The translations under genes were made by a program, and so were the position numbers. A stretch of DNA of 15,860 nt from an uncultured bacterium (GTDB lineage Bacteria; Zixibacteria; MSB-5A5; JAABVY01; JAHJOQ01), in NCBI GenBank assembly GCA_965369655.1, contig CBDUQR010000055.1, forward strand, positions 1 through 15,860. The letters are read 5' to 3'. Shown piece by piece: positions 15,814-15,860 of the stretch (positions are counted from its first letter, which is position 1; the number at the start of each line of letters is the position of its first letter). The notes below the pieces were generated by a model. It did not search any database and was not told where the DNA came from. It saw only the letters and a program-made list of their open reading frames with translations.

Positions 15814-15860
15814 AAAGGAGGTGATCCAGCCGCAGCTTCCGCTACGGCTACCTTGTTACG
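15814..15860 (-). rRNA. rrs: 3' end of 16S rRNA gene (partial, continues beyond window)
   Basis: Minus strand CGTAACAAGGTAGCCGTAGCGGAAGCTGCGGCTGGATCACCTCCTTT: the end of h44, helix 45 with its GGAA loop, and the anti-Shine-Dalgarno CCTCC. Confidence 0.97.

Noticed and set aside
15555-15824. 89-aa plus-strand ORF
   Set aside because: It is antisense to the 16S 3' end, trailer and terminator, and has no recognisable motifs.

Overview
This is a bacterial chromosomal window from an LPS-producing (diderm) organism, and nearly all real genes lie on the minus strand. Reading right to left, it starts with the last ~47 nt of a 16S rRNA gene, followed by a short structured trailer and an intrinsic terminator, with no tRNA or 23S gene after it (an apparently unlinked rRNA gene). 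An AT-rich defence island follows, with two parts. The first is a C5-cytosine methyltransferase, a GHKL/MORC-type ATPase and Vsr. The ATPase C-terminus looks like a HEPN RNase (ENLIR...RDALMH) rather than a restriction nuclease. The second is an AbiEi/AbiEii type IV toxin-antitoxin pair, bracketed by two 54-bp GTAG-type REP-like palindromic direct repeats. Next comes a GC-richer housekeeping operon: msbA-like ABC transporter, GT9, GT2, GT4, long RelA/SpoT homolog, TPR protein, comF, Smr protein and an exported hypothetical. At the left edge sit a third GTAG palindrome and an AT-rich plus-strand gene with another RX4H motif, which appears 5'-truncated at a CTAG by a possible IS end. The best candidate for a new system is the methylase / GHKL-HEPN / Vsr operon.
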